Shown: positions 8,377-18,691 of the stretch, one piece after another | How positions within the stretch are numbered: the first letter of the stretch is position 1 | Layout of the letters: every line of letters begins with the position of its first letter | The notes under the pieces: model-generated | Told to the model about the DNA's origin: nothing | Seen by the model: the letters and a program-made list of their open reading frames with translations, nothing else | Databases searched by the model: none | Position numbers and translations under genes: made by a program | NCBI GenBank assembly: GCA_965644265.1 | Contig: OZ286473.1 | Span: 72,354,001 to 72,418,000 of the forward strand | Source: Glycera tridactyla | Taxonomy: Eukaryota | Length of the DNA: 64,000 bases | Direction of reading: 5' to 3'

Positions 8377-8859
8377 ATGTCTCAGCCTCTCCTCCCCGCA
8401 TACGTATCCCGAGTATTTGTGCCGTTCGTCTCCGAATGTGTTTCTGAGGCAATCAAGACAGTGGTCGGTCCCAATGCGTCTCCGTTCTCGTTCGAACAAG
8501 TTAGAGCAGCTCGCGAAGTGACCGACCTCAGCGAGCTAGATTGGTGTGCCACCGAGTGTGTTTCCCCGTGGCTCACACCCGAAGAACAGCGGAATGCCAC
8601 CGAGGAATTGGTTGCCGGCAAAACAAAATGGGAAATACAGCTATTATTTCCCGATTATACTCCCACGTGTTACACGCGTCACGTCAGTTGTATGAAATCA
8701 CAACCATACGTGGTACTCATGCAACGAGACGCTCCGTGGTGGGATATAAAACTGCCCGTTGAAGAAGATCCCGACCCCGTCGTGGTGGAGTTGTGTCGTA
8801 AAAACACAACTCAAACATCTCTCACCATGCACGAGCGATGGAATAACGATTGGAACTGA
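8377..8859 (+). CDS. Orphan 160-aa protein
   Basis: ATG at 8377 inside the 8353-8859 open frame; protein-like composition; last ORF of the packed block. Confidence 0.65.
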   Translation: MSQPLLPAYVSRVFVPFVSECVSEAIKTVVGPNASPFSFEQVRAAREVTDLSELDWCATECVSPWLTPEEQRNATEELVAGKTKWEIQLLFPDYTPTCYTRHVSCMKSQPYVVLMQRDAPWWDIKLPVEEDPDPVVVELCRKNTTQTSLTMHERWNNDWN

Positions 8860-8930
8860 TTCCTCGGTAGTACTATTGTTCTTCGGGTGGTAAGTTCACG
8901 CGCAAATGTATTTTCCGGTAAAATGTTTTG

Positions 8931-9009
8931 GTTTTTGTTTATTGATTATATAGCACGAAGTTTGAGGATTAGTTTTTGTTTATTGATTATATAGCACGAA
9001 GTTTGAGGA
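8931..9009. repeat. Tandem duplication, 41-bp period, 2 copies
   Basis: GTTTTTGTTTATTGATTATATAGCACGAAGTTTGAGGA at 8931 and 8972. Confidence 0.95.
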
Positions 9010-10303
9010 ATGTTACAACAAATTAATTGTATATTTATTGTCTGTGGGATGTGGTGGGAGTCCAGGGTTTTTCTATAGATGGTGACCACCGATGGGCGTG
9101 GGTCATTTACTTTCAAGTGTTGCCATCGAGAGGTGATATAGCTTAAATGGTAATATCACCCCTTCTCTCTCTATAGTTTTCAAAAGGGGGTGGGGAAATC
9201 CGAATGAAAAAATCATACCTGTGAAATTCTCTATAAATCTATCTTTAGGTATTTCCTTACAAAATTACACTATCATTTGATTACTTTTTCTTCACATCTA
9301 TTCTCTCTCTCTCTATTCTTGATTCTTCAGCGAATTAGTCCTCAAGTGTAGATAACTGATAGGTTTACTATTAGTTATTTCCACTCGACAACTTTTTCAA
9401 ATTCCTTCACCATTTTGTGTTCTAGATTCATGTAAGTGATGTCTGCAGAAGGACGGAACATCTAACTTTCATTGATCGTGAACACACATATATATATATA
9501 TATATATATTATATACACGCACATACATATACATAACAACGAGGGCATTAATCCCTGCACTGATATGGTTCTTCTCCAGCTCTAGCATCAGTCGCGTTCA
9601 AAAATATCTTCTCGCTGTTACAGAGGATCACTCTGTAGCATCATTTTGAGTCATGTCCTTCTTGCAATCTTTCACATGTATGACCACCATGTCATGCTCT
9701 TTGTGGATATCTTTCACTTCACAGCTCACGCAGTTGCTGTCATAGCAGATCCTCTTCTCGCCATGTTGTCGAAACTCTTCGAGCGCACTAGGTTCCGGGG
9801 TATTAAATTCATGTACTGAGGCTATCCATAAATGTTCACTGGTACTCCACAATATTGCCCCTCGCAATGATGTGTGACTAGCATCACGTGATATATATAT
9901 ATATATACGAGTTTAATCCTTCATAACGCTACTGTCGTTGAAAGAAGTGTATTAAATTAGTATGCCGTCATTAGGACAGAAATAATGCCCATCGTGGAGT
10001 AATAGATTGCAGATGTGCATCTGCCGGTTCCTCATTTCCTCCATCTGTGTGTGTGTGTGTGTGTGTGATACAGAGAGAGAGAGAGGTCTTCTCCAGAAAG
10101 TGTTCACTTTTGGGTCTTGTAGACTAGCATCCGCTTGCTAGCAGAAAAGAGAGAGACGGTTCTCCAGAACCACATATGCTGCACTCATATTCCCGTCCTC
10201 CTGTATGAATTTTGACATGTTTTTTCACAACATCAAAATTTTAGATGGTGTTTTTCTTGCTGAATATATGGTTCCCCCCCTTCGATTCTTATGATATACA
10301 CAT

Positions 10304-10341
<38 letters not shown>

Positions 10342-11023
10342 AATTGAACGAGTTTAATCCTTCATAACGCTGATGTCGTTGAAAGAAGAAGGAGTAAAAA
10401 CAAAAATACCAGTCATATTTCTTGCTGACATCGGTCGGCGGGCCCCGCACTAGGTTCTAGATATCTTCTCGCTGTTACAGAGGATCACTCTGTAGCATCA
10501 TTTTGTGCCATGTCCTTCTTGCAATCTTTCACATGTATGACCACCATGTCATGCTCTTTGTGGATATCTTTCACTTCACAGCTCACGCAGTTGCTGTCAT
10601 AGCAGATCCTCTTCTCGCCATGTTGACGAAACTCTTCGAGCGCACTAGGTTCCAGGGTATTAAATTCATGTACTGTGGCTATCCATAAATGTTCACTGGT
10701 ACTCCACAATATTGCTCCTCGCAATGATGTGTGACTAGCATCACGTGATAAATATACGAATTATATCCTTCATAACGCTACTGTCGTTGAAAGAAGTGTA
10801 TTAAATTAGTATGCCGTCATAAATTGAACGAGTTTAATCCTTCATAACGCTGATGTCGTTGAAAGAAGGAATAAAAACAAAAATACCAGTCATATTTCTT
10901 GCTGACATCGGTCGGCCGGCCCGCACTAGGTTCTAGATATCTTCTCGCTGTTACAGAGGGGATCGGTTCTGTAGCGAATGTCCTCTCATTCAACCCTCGA
11001 GGTCTTCTCCAGAAAGGAGCATT

Positions 11024-11225
11024 GGATCTTGTAGACTAGCATCCGCTTGTTAGCGGTTCTTCTGCTATGTTGATGGATATTGTCCCTCCACCACAATTGT
11101 TTGATCAGAACCAGCCATCACAGTATCTGCATGGATCTTGTAGACTAGCATCCGCTTGTTAGCGGTTCTTCTGCTATGTTGTTGGATATTGTCCCTCCAC
11201 CACAATTGTTTGATCAGAACCAGAC
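11024..11225. repeat. 109-bp tandem repeat, about 2 copies
   Basis: GGATCTTGTAGACTAGCATCCGCTTG starts at 11024 and 11133. Confidence 0.9.
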
Positions 11226-12213
11226 ATCACAGAATTTGCACTTGTAGCTGCTTCCCTTTGAGTGAGTTGATTTGTTCTCTCCGAAAGTTTGTAGACAAAA
11301 AATAATATTTTAGACGGAGAGGGTGTTCTTCTCACTGTTGGTGTTCTCTGAATGTTTAGTTCCCCCTGATTCTTTGTACCCGTGATATATATATATAAGT
11401 TGATCGAGTTTGGTCTTTCATAACGCTGATGTCGTTGAAAAGAAAGAGTATTTCTCTGAATGTTTAGTTCCCCCTGATTCTTTGTACCCATGATATATAT
11501 ATATATATATATATATATAAGTTGATTTAGTTTAGTCCTCCATAACGCTGATGTCGTTGAAAGAAGGAGTAAAACAAAAAATACCAGTCATATTTCTTGC
11601 TGACATCGGTCGGCGGGCCCCGCACTAGGTTCTAGATATCTTCTCGCTGTTACAGAGGATCACTCTGTAGCATCATTTTGTGTCATGTCCTTCTTGCAAT
11701 CTTTCACATGTATGACCACCATGTCATGCTCTTTGTGGATATCTTTCACTTCACAGCTCACGCAGTTGCTGTCATAGCAGATCCTCTTCTCGCCATGTTG
11801 TCGAAACTCTTCGAGCGCACTAGGTTCCAGGGTATTAAATTCATGTACTGTGGCTATCCATAAATGTTCACTGGTACTCCACAATATTGCTCCTCGCAAT
11901 GATGTGTGACTAGCATCACGTGATAAATATACGAGTTAAATCCTTCATAACGCTACTGTCGTTGAAAGAAGTGTATTAAATTAGTAAGCCGTCATAAATT
12001 GAACGAGTTTAATCCTTCATAACGCTGATGTCGTTGAAAGAAGGAATAAAAACAAAATACCAGTCATATTTCTTGCTGACATCGGTCGGCCGGCCCGCAC
12101 TAGGTTCTAGATACCTTCTCGCTGTTACAGAAGAGATCGGTTCTGTAGCAAATGTCCTTCTCATGTTTATTCAGCCCTCTTCTCCAGAAAGTGTTCACTT
12201 TCTCTTGGGCATT

Positions 12214-12525
12214 GGATCTTGTAGACTAGCATCCGCTTGTTAGCGGCTCTCCTGCTAGGTTGTTGGATATTGTCCCTCCACCACAATTGTTTGATCAGAA
12301 CCAGCCATCACAGTATCTGCATGGATCTTGTAGACTAGCATCCGCTTGTTAGCGGTTCTCCTGCTATGTTGATGGATATTGTCCCTCCACCACAATTGTT
12401 TGATCAGAACCAGCCATCACAGTATCTGCATGGATCTTGTAGACTAGCATCCGCTTGTTAGCGGTTCTTCTGCTATGTTGATGGATATTGTCCCTCCACC
12501 ACAATTGTTTGATCGGAACCAGACA
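12214..12525. repeat. 109-bp tandem repeat, about 3 copies
   Basis: Same unit, starting at 12214, 12323 and 12432. Confidence 0.9.
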
Positions 12526-13449
12526 TCACAGAATTTGCACTTGTAGCTGCTTCCCTTTGAGTGAGTTGATTTGTTCTCTCCGAAAGTTTGTAGACAAAAA
12601 ATAATATTTTAGACGGAGAGGGTGTTCTTCTCACTGTTGGTGTTCTCTGAATGTTTAGTTCCCCCTGATTCTTTGTACCCGTGATATATATATATATAAG
12701 TTGATCGAGTTTGGTCTTTCATAACGCTGATGTCGTTGAAAAGAAAGAGTATTTCTCTGAATGTTTAGTTCCCCCTGATTCTTTGTACCCATGATATATA
12801 TATATAAGTTGATTGAGTTTAATCTTTCATAACGCTAATGTCGTTGAAAAGAAAGAGTATTTCTCTGAATGTTTGGTTCCCCCTGATTCTCTGTACCCAT
12901 GATATATATATAAGTTGATCGAGTTTAATCTTTCATAACGCTGATGTCGTTGAAAAGAAAGAGTATATCAGTTGATCGAGTTTAGTCCTTCATAACGCTG
13001 ATGTCGTTGAAAAGAAAGAGTAAAATCAAAAATACTATTTCAGATTCTTTCTGGTCCTTAATAACCGTCTTGTGTTGAACAGAAGGACCAGAAAGTTTCT
13101 CTTAACAATAATATAGGTTCCAAGGTATTGAGTTCATGTACTGTTGTGATTCCTCGTGCACTGGCAATGGATTTCTCCCCCCATGTTCTGCAAAGAGGAA
13201 GTCTTCTTCAAAAATGTTAGTGAGTCCTGTAGACTAGCTCACATTACGCATCTGGTTATCAACTTCTTTGAACGCCTTATCTGCGAGTTCAAGCTCTGTC
13301 TTTGCTTGATTCAAGGTGACTTGTGCAGATGACTGGCAAGCCTCCATTGCCCTGATCTGATTGTTGTATTGGGTCGTCCTCTTAATAACCACTCGACATA
13401 ATATAGTTTGTGCTCAGTTTGTGTCATTTTTCTCATGATTCTTTGTACC

Positions 13450-13508
<59 letters not shown>

Positions 13509-14264
13509 TTGATCGAGTTTGGTCTTTCATAACGCTAATGTCGTTGAAAAGAAAGAGTATTTCTCTGAATGTTTGGTTCCCCCTGATTCTCTGTACCCAT
13601 GATATATATATAAGTTGATCGAGTTTAATCTTTCATAACGCTGATGTCGTTGAAAAGAAAGAGTATATCAGTTGATCGAGTTTAGTCCTTCATAACGCTG
13701 ATGTCGTTGAAAAGAAAGAGTAAAATCAAAAATACTATTTCAGATTCTTTCTGGTCCTTAATAACCGTCTTGTGTTGAACAGAAGGACCAGAAAGTTTCT
13801 CTTAACAATAATATAGGTTCCAAGGTATTGAGTTCATGTACTGTTGTGATTCCTCGTGCACTGGCAATGGATTTTTCCCCCCATGTTCTGCAAAGAGGAA
13901 GTCTTCTTCAAAAATGTTAGTGAGTCCTGTAGACTAGCTCACATTACGCATCTGGTTATCAACTTCTTTGAACGCCTTATCTGCGAGTTCAAGCTCTGTC
14001 TTTGCTTGATTCAAGCTGACTTGTGCAGATGACTGGCAAGCCTCCATTGCCCTGATCTGATTGTTGTATTGGGTCGTCCTCTTAATAACCACTCGACATA
14101 ATATAGTTTGTGCTCAGTTTGTGTCATTTTTCTCTATGTTACAGAAAGATCAGTCCTCTCTCTTCTGTTTCAGAATACTGTAAACTAGATATTTAAATAA
14201 TGTGTTGTTATGTCTAAATAAAATACCTTCTCTCTCTCTCTCTATGTTACAGAAGGATCTTAAA

Positions 14265-14771
14265 ATGTCGTCATCATCGCCCCATCAAAAAGCATCGCTA
14301 CCTCAAGCATTTTTAACCTCTCGCTCATCAGAATATATTATTTTATTAACAAAAACTATCTGGGTGCAATTAATTATTTTAACTACCGAAATAATGGAAG
14401 AATTAGCGGGGGACTATATTAATCATGATGAAAAATTCCAATCATTTGACTTGTGCTTAGTGAAACTTTTAGAAAATTTAGAATTTGAGGAACTCTTCCA
14501 CATATTGTACGAGAATGAACAATATTTACGAACAATGTCTCAGGTGTGGGAAAATCGAACTGTTGGGGAGATTATCAAAAGACAATCAAAATTAACTAAA
14601 AATATAGTAATAGAAGATGTTGAAATTTATACTAATAAAATCAAAAAAGAATTAACAGATGGTCATCATATAAATGAATTTAGAGACATTGTTTGTACTA
14701 ATAGCAAACGCCAGTCATTCTCGGACAGTACTGCCATTTTAGATGATTGTGAAAAATTAAAAATTTATTAA
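14265..14771 (+). CDS. Orphan accessory protein (168 aa from ATG 14265, or 125 aa from ATG 14394)
   Basis: Only long AT-rich open frame after the array; charged helical composition; preceded by a pyrimidine tract and TTACAG at 14247-14252. Confidence 0.5.
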   Translation: MSSSSPHQKASLPQAFLTSRSSEYIILLTKTIWVQLIILTTEIMEELAGDYINHDEKFQSFDLCLVKLLENLEFEELFHILYENEQYLRTMSQVWENRTVGEIIKRQSKLTKNIVIEDVEIYTNKIKKELTDGHHINEFRDIVCTNSKRQSFSDSTAILDDCEKLKIY

Positions 14772-14827
14772 TATGTATATATATAATTATAACTACAACT
14801 GTGTCTGTGATAATTACAACTGTGTAT

Positions 14828-14886
<59 letters not shown>

Positions 14887-15333
14887 CTAGTTGAATATAT
14901 GTATATACTACTTGAATATATAAGTAAACCATGAACCACTAGTATCCAAATATATGTTCACGGTTGTTTTTCAATATTTAGAACAATTAGTATTAATTGA
15001 ATTTGATGGTAGGGGATATTTAGATGGTTCATTTCAGATATTTGTTGTCGAAAATAACATTAGTATCTTGTCTGTATATGTATGTGTTCAAATCTAGCAC
15101 CGCCGGTACAGTCTTGTGGTGCATCAGTTTCTACAATCCCCGTCGACTTTCTCGATATATGCGTCAATTTCTACAATTCTAGTCGAGTTTCCCGATGTAT
15201 ACGCCAAGTTCTGCAGACGGGTTCATCATCATCATATGCGTTTGATATTTGATTGTATTAAAATATATGTTGATATTAAAAATTCAAAATATATATATTA
15301 TATTTTGTTCAATTTTATCATAATATCACAGCT

Positions 15334-15379
<46 letters not shown>

Positions 15380-15385
<6 letters not shown>

Positions 15386-17506
15386 CCTTCTGTTGAAATC
15401 CCAGAAGGAGGAGTCTTGAATGAACTCACCCCTGCTCAGTAAGTGTGCGTATCAATATAGCATAAATGACGTCAAATCTAAATCAAATGTATCACCTGCA
15501 AAAACATAACATATGTGTGTGTGTGTGAATGTTACCTTCTGATGAAAAACCCAGAAGGAGGAATCTTGAATCAGCCCACTACATGTGCATCACAATATAG
15601 CACTCCCACTGACCCCCCTCTAGAACTTCATTATGTCTACAAGAATGGACTTAGAACTACAAAGGAAAGCAAATAACTTCCACCAGAAATTCATGGTATC
15701 AAACATCACATCAGAAATACCCTGGAAAAAAACATGAGAACTACCCTCAAGAAATGATTGTGTGTATGTTACTTCAACAAGTAGACCCCCCATGAAATAA
15801 TCCAGAGTACAACAAACAGCTGATGAGTTATAGATCATTCAGACTGTAAACATGACTCAATAGCATGCTCCGAGTTTGTGAACTGCATAGGTGAAAACAT
15901 CATGCCTGATCACAAAACAAACAAAATTCATCAGCTTGTGTCTAAGGTGTAAAACACTTCATCTGGGTTGAAAGAATAGTCATAATTTGACCCAATATAA
16001 AATTTTGCTTTCCCACCAGCTGAGTGTCGGGTTTGTGAAAGTAAAGACAACATGAAACAATTTCAAAATTCATCGGCTCGTGTTCAGAGTGTAAAAAACA
16101 TCATAACACACACCTGAACCTCAAAAATAGATATGGACCACCCCCCCAAAACGCTGCATCCTACTAGCTGTGTGTAGGGTTTGTGAGTGTGAAAGCTGCA
16201 TAGATGAAACATCAGGCAATGAAGAATCAGGAGAGAGTGCATCCATCAATTCATCTTCTAGGGTTTGTGAGGACATGGAGACCAATGCGAAATAGACCAA
16301 TCCCCATCCAATTGTTTTTGGGGGTTTGTGAAAGTGAAGCCTGCACAAAGAGAGAGAGGAAACATGATGCTCAATCAAAATGTATCAACTGTAGAGACAT
16401 GGCATGTGCCTGTGAATTTGATGAATTTTACCTTCTGTTGAAAACCCAGAAAGAGGAGAAATCCTGAATCAGCTCACTTTTTCACGAACGTCACAATATA
16501 GCACAAACGACATCAAACCTACAACTCCATCCAAAACCTGAGATTGTGAGTGTATGAGACAAGTGGGTGGTGATAAACAATCTAGATCAAACCCCATCAA
16601 CTCATCCAGGGGTTGTGAAAATGTGGACTGCAAAGCATCAAGTATATTACACAGCAAACCAAACCAAAACCTGAAAGGAGTTCACAGAAAACCTCAGTGA
16701 CTGTAAACAACAATCAGTTGCATGCCCCAGGTTTGTAAGAGTGAAGACTGCAGGGGTGAAAATGACCGTCCTCAAAGAGTCAAAATTCATCAACTCATAT
16801 TTAATAGAGAATGGAACACTTCATAACACTCTGAAAGAATAGACATGATTTGACCCCATACTATATTTTGTTTCCTATTGACTATGTACCGGATTTGTAA
16901 AAGTAAAGGCTGCATGAAACAATTTCAAAATTCATCAACTTGTGCTCAGAATGTGGAAAACATCATCATGACACCCATCTGGACCCGAATGTTGCATCCT
17001 ACCAGCTGTGTGTAGGGTTTGTGAAAGTGAAAGCTACATAACACAAATTTGGAATCAGTGAAAGTCAGAAACTACACAGTTGATATGCTAGGAATCTTTT
17101 ATCTGTAATCCTCACATCAGGCAATGGATAATCAGGAGAAAGTGTATCTGGAATCAGTAAAAGTCAGAAACTACACAGTTGATATGCTAGGAATCTTTTA
17201 TCTGTAATCCTCACATCAGGCAATGGATAATCAGGAGAAAGTGTATCCATCAATTCATCTTCTAAGGTTTGTGAGGACATGGGGGGAGGCCGATGCGAAA
17301 TAAACTAATCCGCATCCAGACCCCATCAACTCATCCGGGGGTTGTGATAATGTGGACTGCAGAGCACCGAATGTATTACCATTTCAACAGCTCACACCAA
17401 ACCAAAACCTGAAAGGTTGATGGACTTCACAGACAGAGAGACCATCATGCAGCTGTGGACAGAAATCATACATTTGTCTCTATCCAACATTTTTATTCCC
17501 TAGCAG

Positions 17507-17538
<32 letters not shown>

Positions 17539-17800
17539 GTGGCAGGCCAGTCGGTGGTAGTATGCAGCCCGCTGCTGCCTCCGCCAGAAATAGACGGAGT
17601 GAGAGAGGGGGCAGATGGTTGGCTCGCATGCGACCACGAGGCAAGAAATCATTCCCAATTCACACGGGTGTGTGCGAGCCAAAGGGAGGGCAGAGAGTGA
17701 GGGAGGAGGAGGAGGGCCAACAGAAGCAACACCTGGAAGATCACCATCCCGTGTTTGGGGTTTGTGGAAGTGAGAGCTGCAGAAATCAAAACAAGATTTG
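15380..17800. repeat. Second diverged repeat array (GGGTTTGTGA...CTGCA units and CCTTCTG/CAGAAGG hairpin units)
   Basis: About 12 copies of GG(G/T)TTGT(G/A)A. Block 15888-16278 resembles 16754-17282. A 99-bp near-perfect duplication starts at 17051 and 17150. Hairpins lie at 15386, 15535 and 16431. Confidence 0.8.
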
Positions 17801-17993
17801 AATTGATTTTGACGAAAGAATCCATTCCAAAACAAATATTCGACTTGCTCGTATGCAATATCGCCAATCGTCATTCTAAGAAAGCCCCAATGCAGCAGAT
17901 TCCAAATATAGACGATGCTCAATTTGACTAACAAAGCGAATGTACAAGAATCCGAATTTTTGAAAGTGAATTGTCCACATTGATTTACTAATG

Positions 17994-18691
17994 CGTTCGT
18001 GCAACCTGAAAATGCGAGTGTGCCAAATTGAAAAGTTGGACCAATAGATGACTTGGTCATATAGCGATAGAATACGTCTGAATACATTCTGACAGAATGT
18101 GTCCGAAATGCAAAGTTTAAGGATATAAGACTTGGTCAAAGAGAAAAGTAAATTGCTCAGATTCATTTACTGGCGCGGTGGCGCGGTTCCCCCACCAGGG
18201 GTTTGTGGCGCGGTGGCGCGGTTCCCCCACCAGTTTGAAGGGTCCCGTTCGTGCAACCTGAAAATGCGAGTGTGGCAAATTGAAAAGTTGGACCAATAGA
18301 TGACTTGGTCATATAGCAATAGAATACGTCTAAATACATTCTGGCCGAAATGCTCGAGAATCCAAAGTTGAAGGATATATGACTTGGTCAAAGAGAAAAG
18401 TAAATTGCTCAGATTCATTTACTGGCGCAGTGGCACGGTGGTGGTGGCAAATTGAAAGTTGGACCCATAGATGACTTGGTCATATAGCAATAGAATACAT
18501 CTGAATACATTCTGTCAGAATGTGGCCGAAATGCTCGAGAATCCAAAATGTAAGGATATATGACTTGGTCAAAGAGAAAAGTAAATTGCTCAAATTCATT
18601 TACTGGCGCGGTGGCGCAGTTCCCCCACCAGGGGTTTGGAGCGGTGGCGCGGTGGCGCGGTGGCGCGGTTCCCCCACCACTATATACTACT
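17994..18691. repeat. Probable right terminal inverted repeat region of the Polinton, built of ~180-250-bp sub-repeats with GGTGGCGC octamer runs
   Basis: Three related units start near 17994, 18246 and 18444, each ending in CATTTACTGGCGC(G/A)GTGGC. The last ends CCACCACTATATACTACT, after which unrelated sequence begins. Confidence 0.65.

Larger units (their letters stand above)
9480..14150. repeat. Mosaic repeat array with 15 copies of a ~40-bp core motif plus larger duplicated modules
   Basis: Core GAGTTT(A/G)(A/G)TC(C/T)TTCATAACGCT..TGTCGTTGAAA near 9909, 10350, 10758, 10830, 11406, 11529, 11933, 12005, 12707, 12815, 12921, 12978, 13515, 13621 and 13678. A ~290-bp module occurs three times (about 9604, 10461, 11636). 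A ~600-bp block occurs twice (about 12820-13430 and 13520-14130). Confidence 0.93.
1..18691 (+). mobile_element. Polinton/Maverick (adintovirus-like) endogenous dsDNA virus, right-hand portion; left end and polymerase lie outside the window
   Basis: Co-linear integrase, A32-like ATPase, minor capsid, major capsid and adenain-like protease ORFs form the Polinton core set. The right end is inferred from GC-rich sub-repeats terminating in ACTACT at 18686-18691. The element call is strong; the exact right boundary is less certain. Confidence 0.9.

Noticed and set aside
170-8762. Minus-strand and alternate-frame ORFs inside the viral block (e.g. 984-1505, 1506-1862, 3484-3807, 5227-5478, 8541-8762)
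   Set aside because: Shadows of well-supported + strand genes, with no motifs of their own.
11174-11491. 105-aa - strand ORF MGTKNQGELNIQR as a gene
   Set aside because: Stitched from array units across a TA run; the same frame has a stop in sister copies.
10503-11863. 61-aa + strand ORFs (10503-10688, 11678-11863) as genes
   Set aside because: Non-ATG starts, exact antisense of the B-box-like frame, and conserved only because the copies are recent duplicates.
9909-13720. CRISPR array (repeated partly palindromic ~40-bp motif)
   Set aside because: The intervening segments vary from about 15 to 650 nt and are themselves duplicated; there are no cas genes and the context is eukaryotic.
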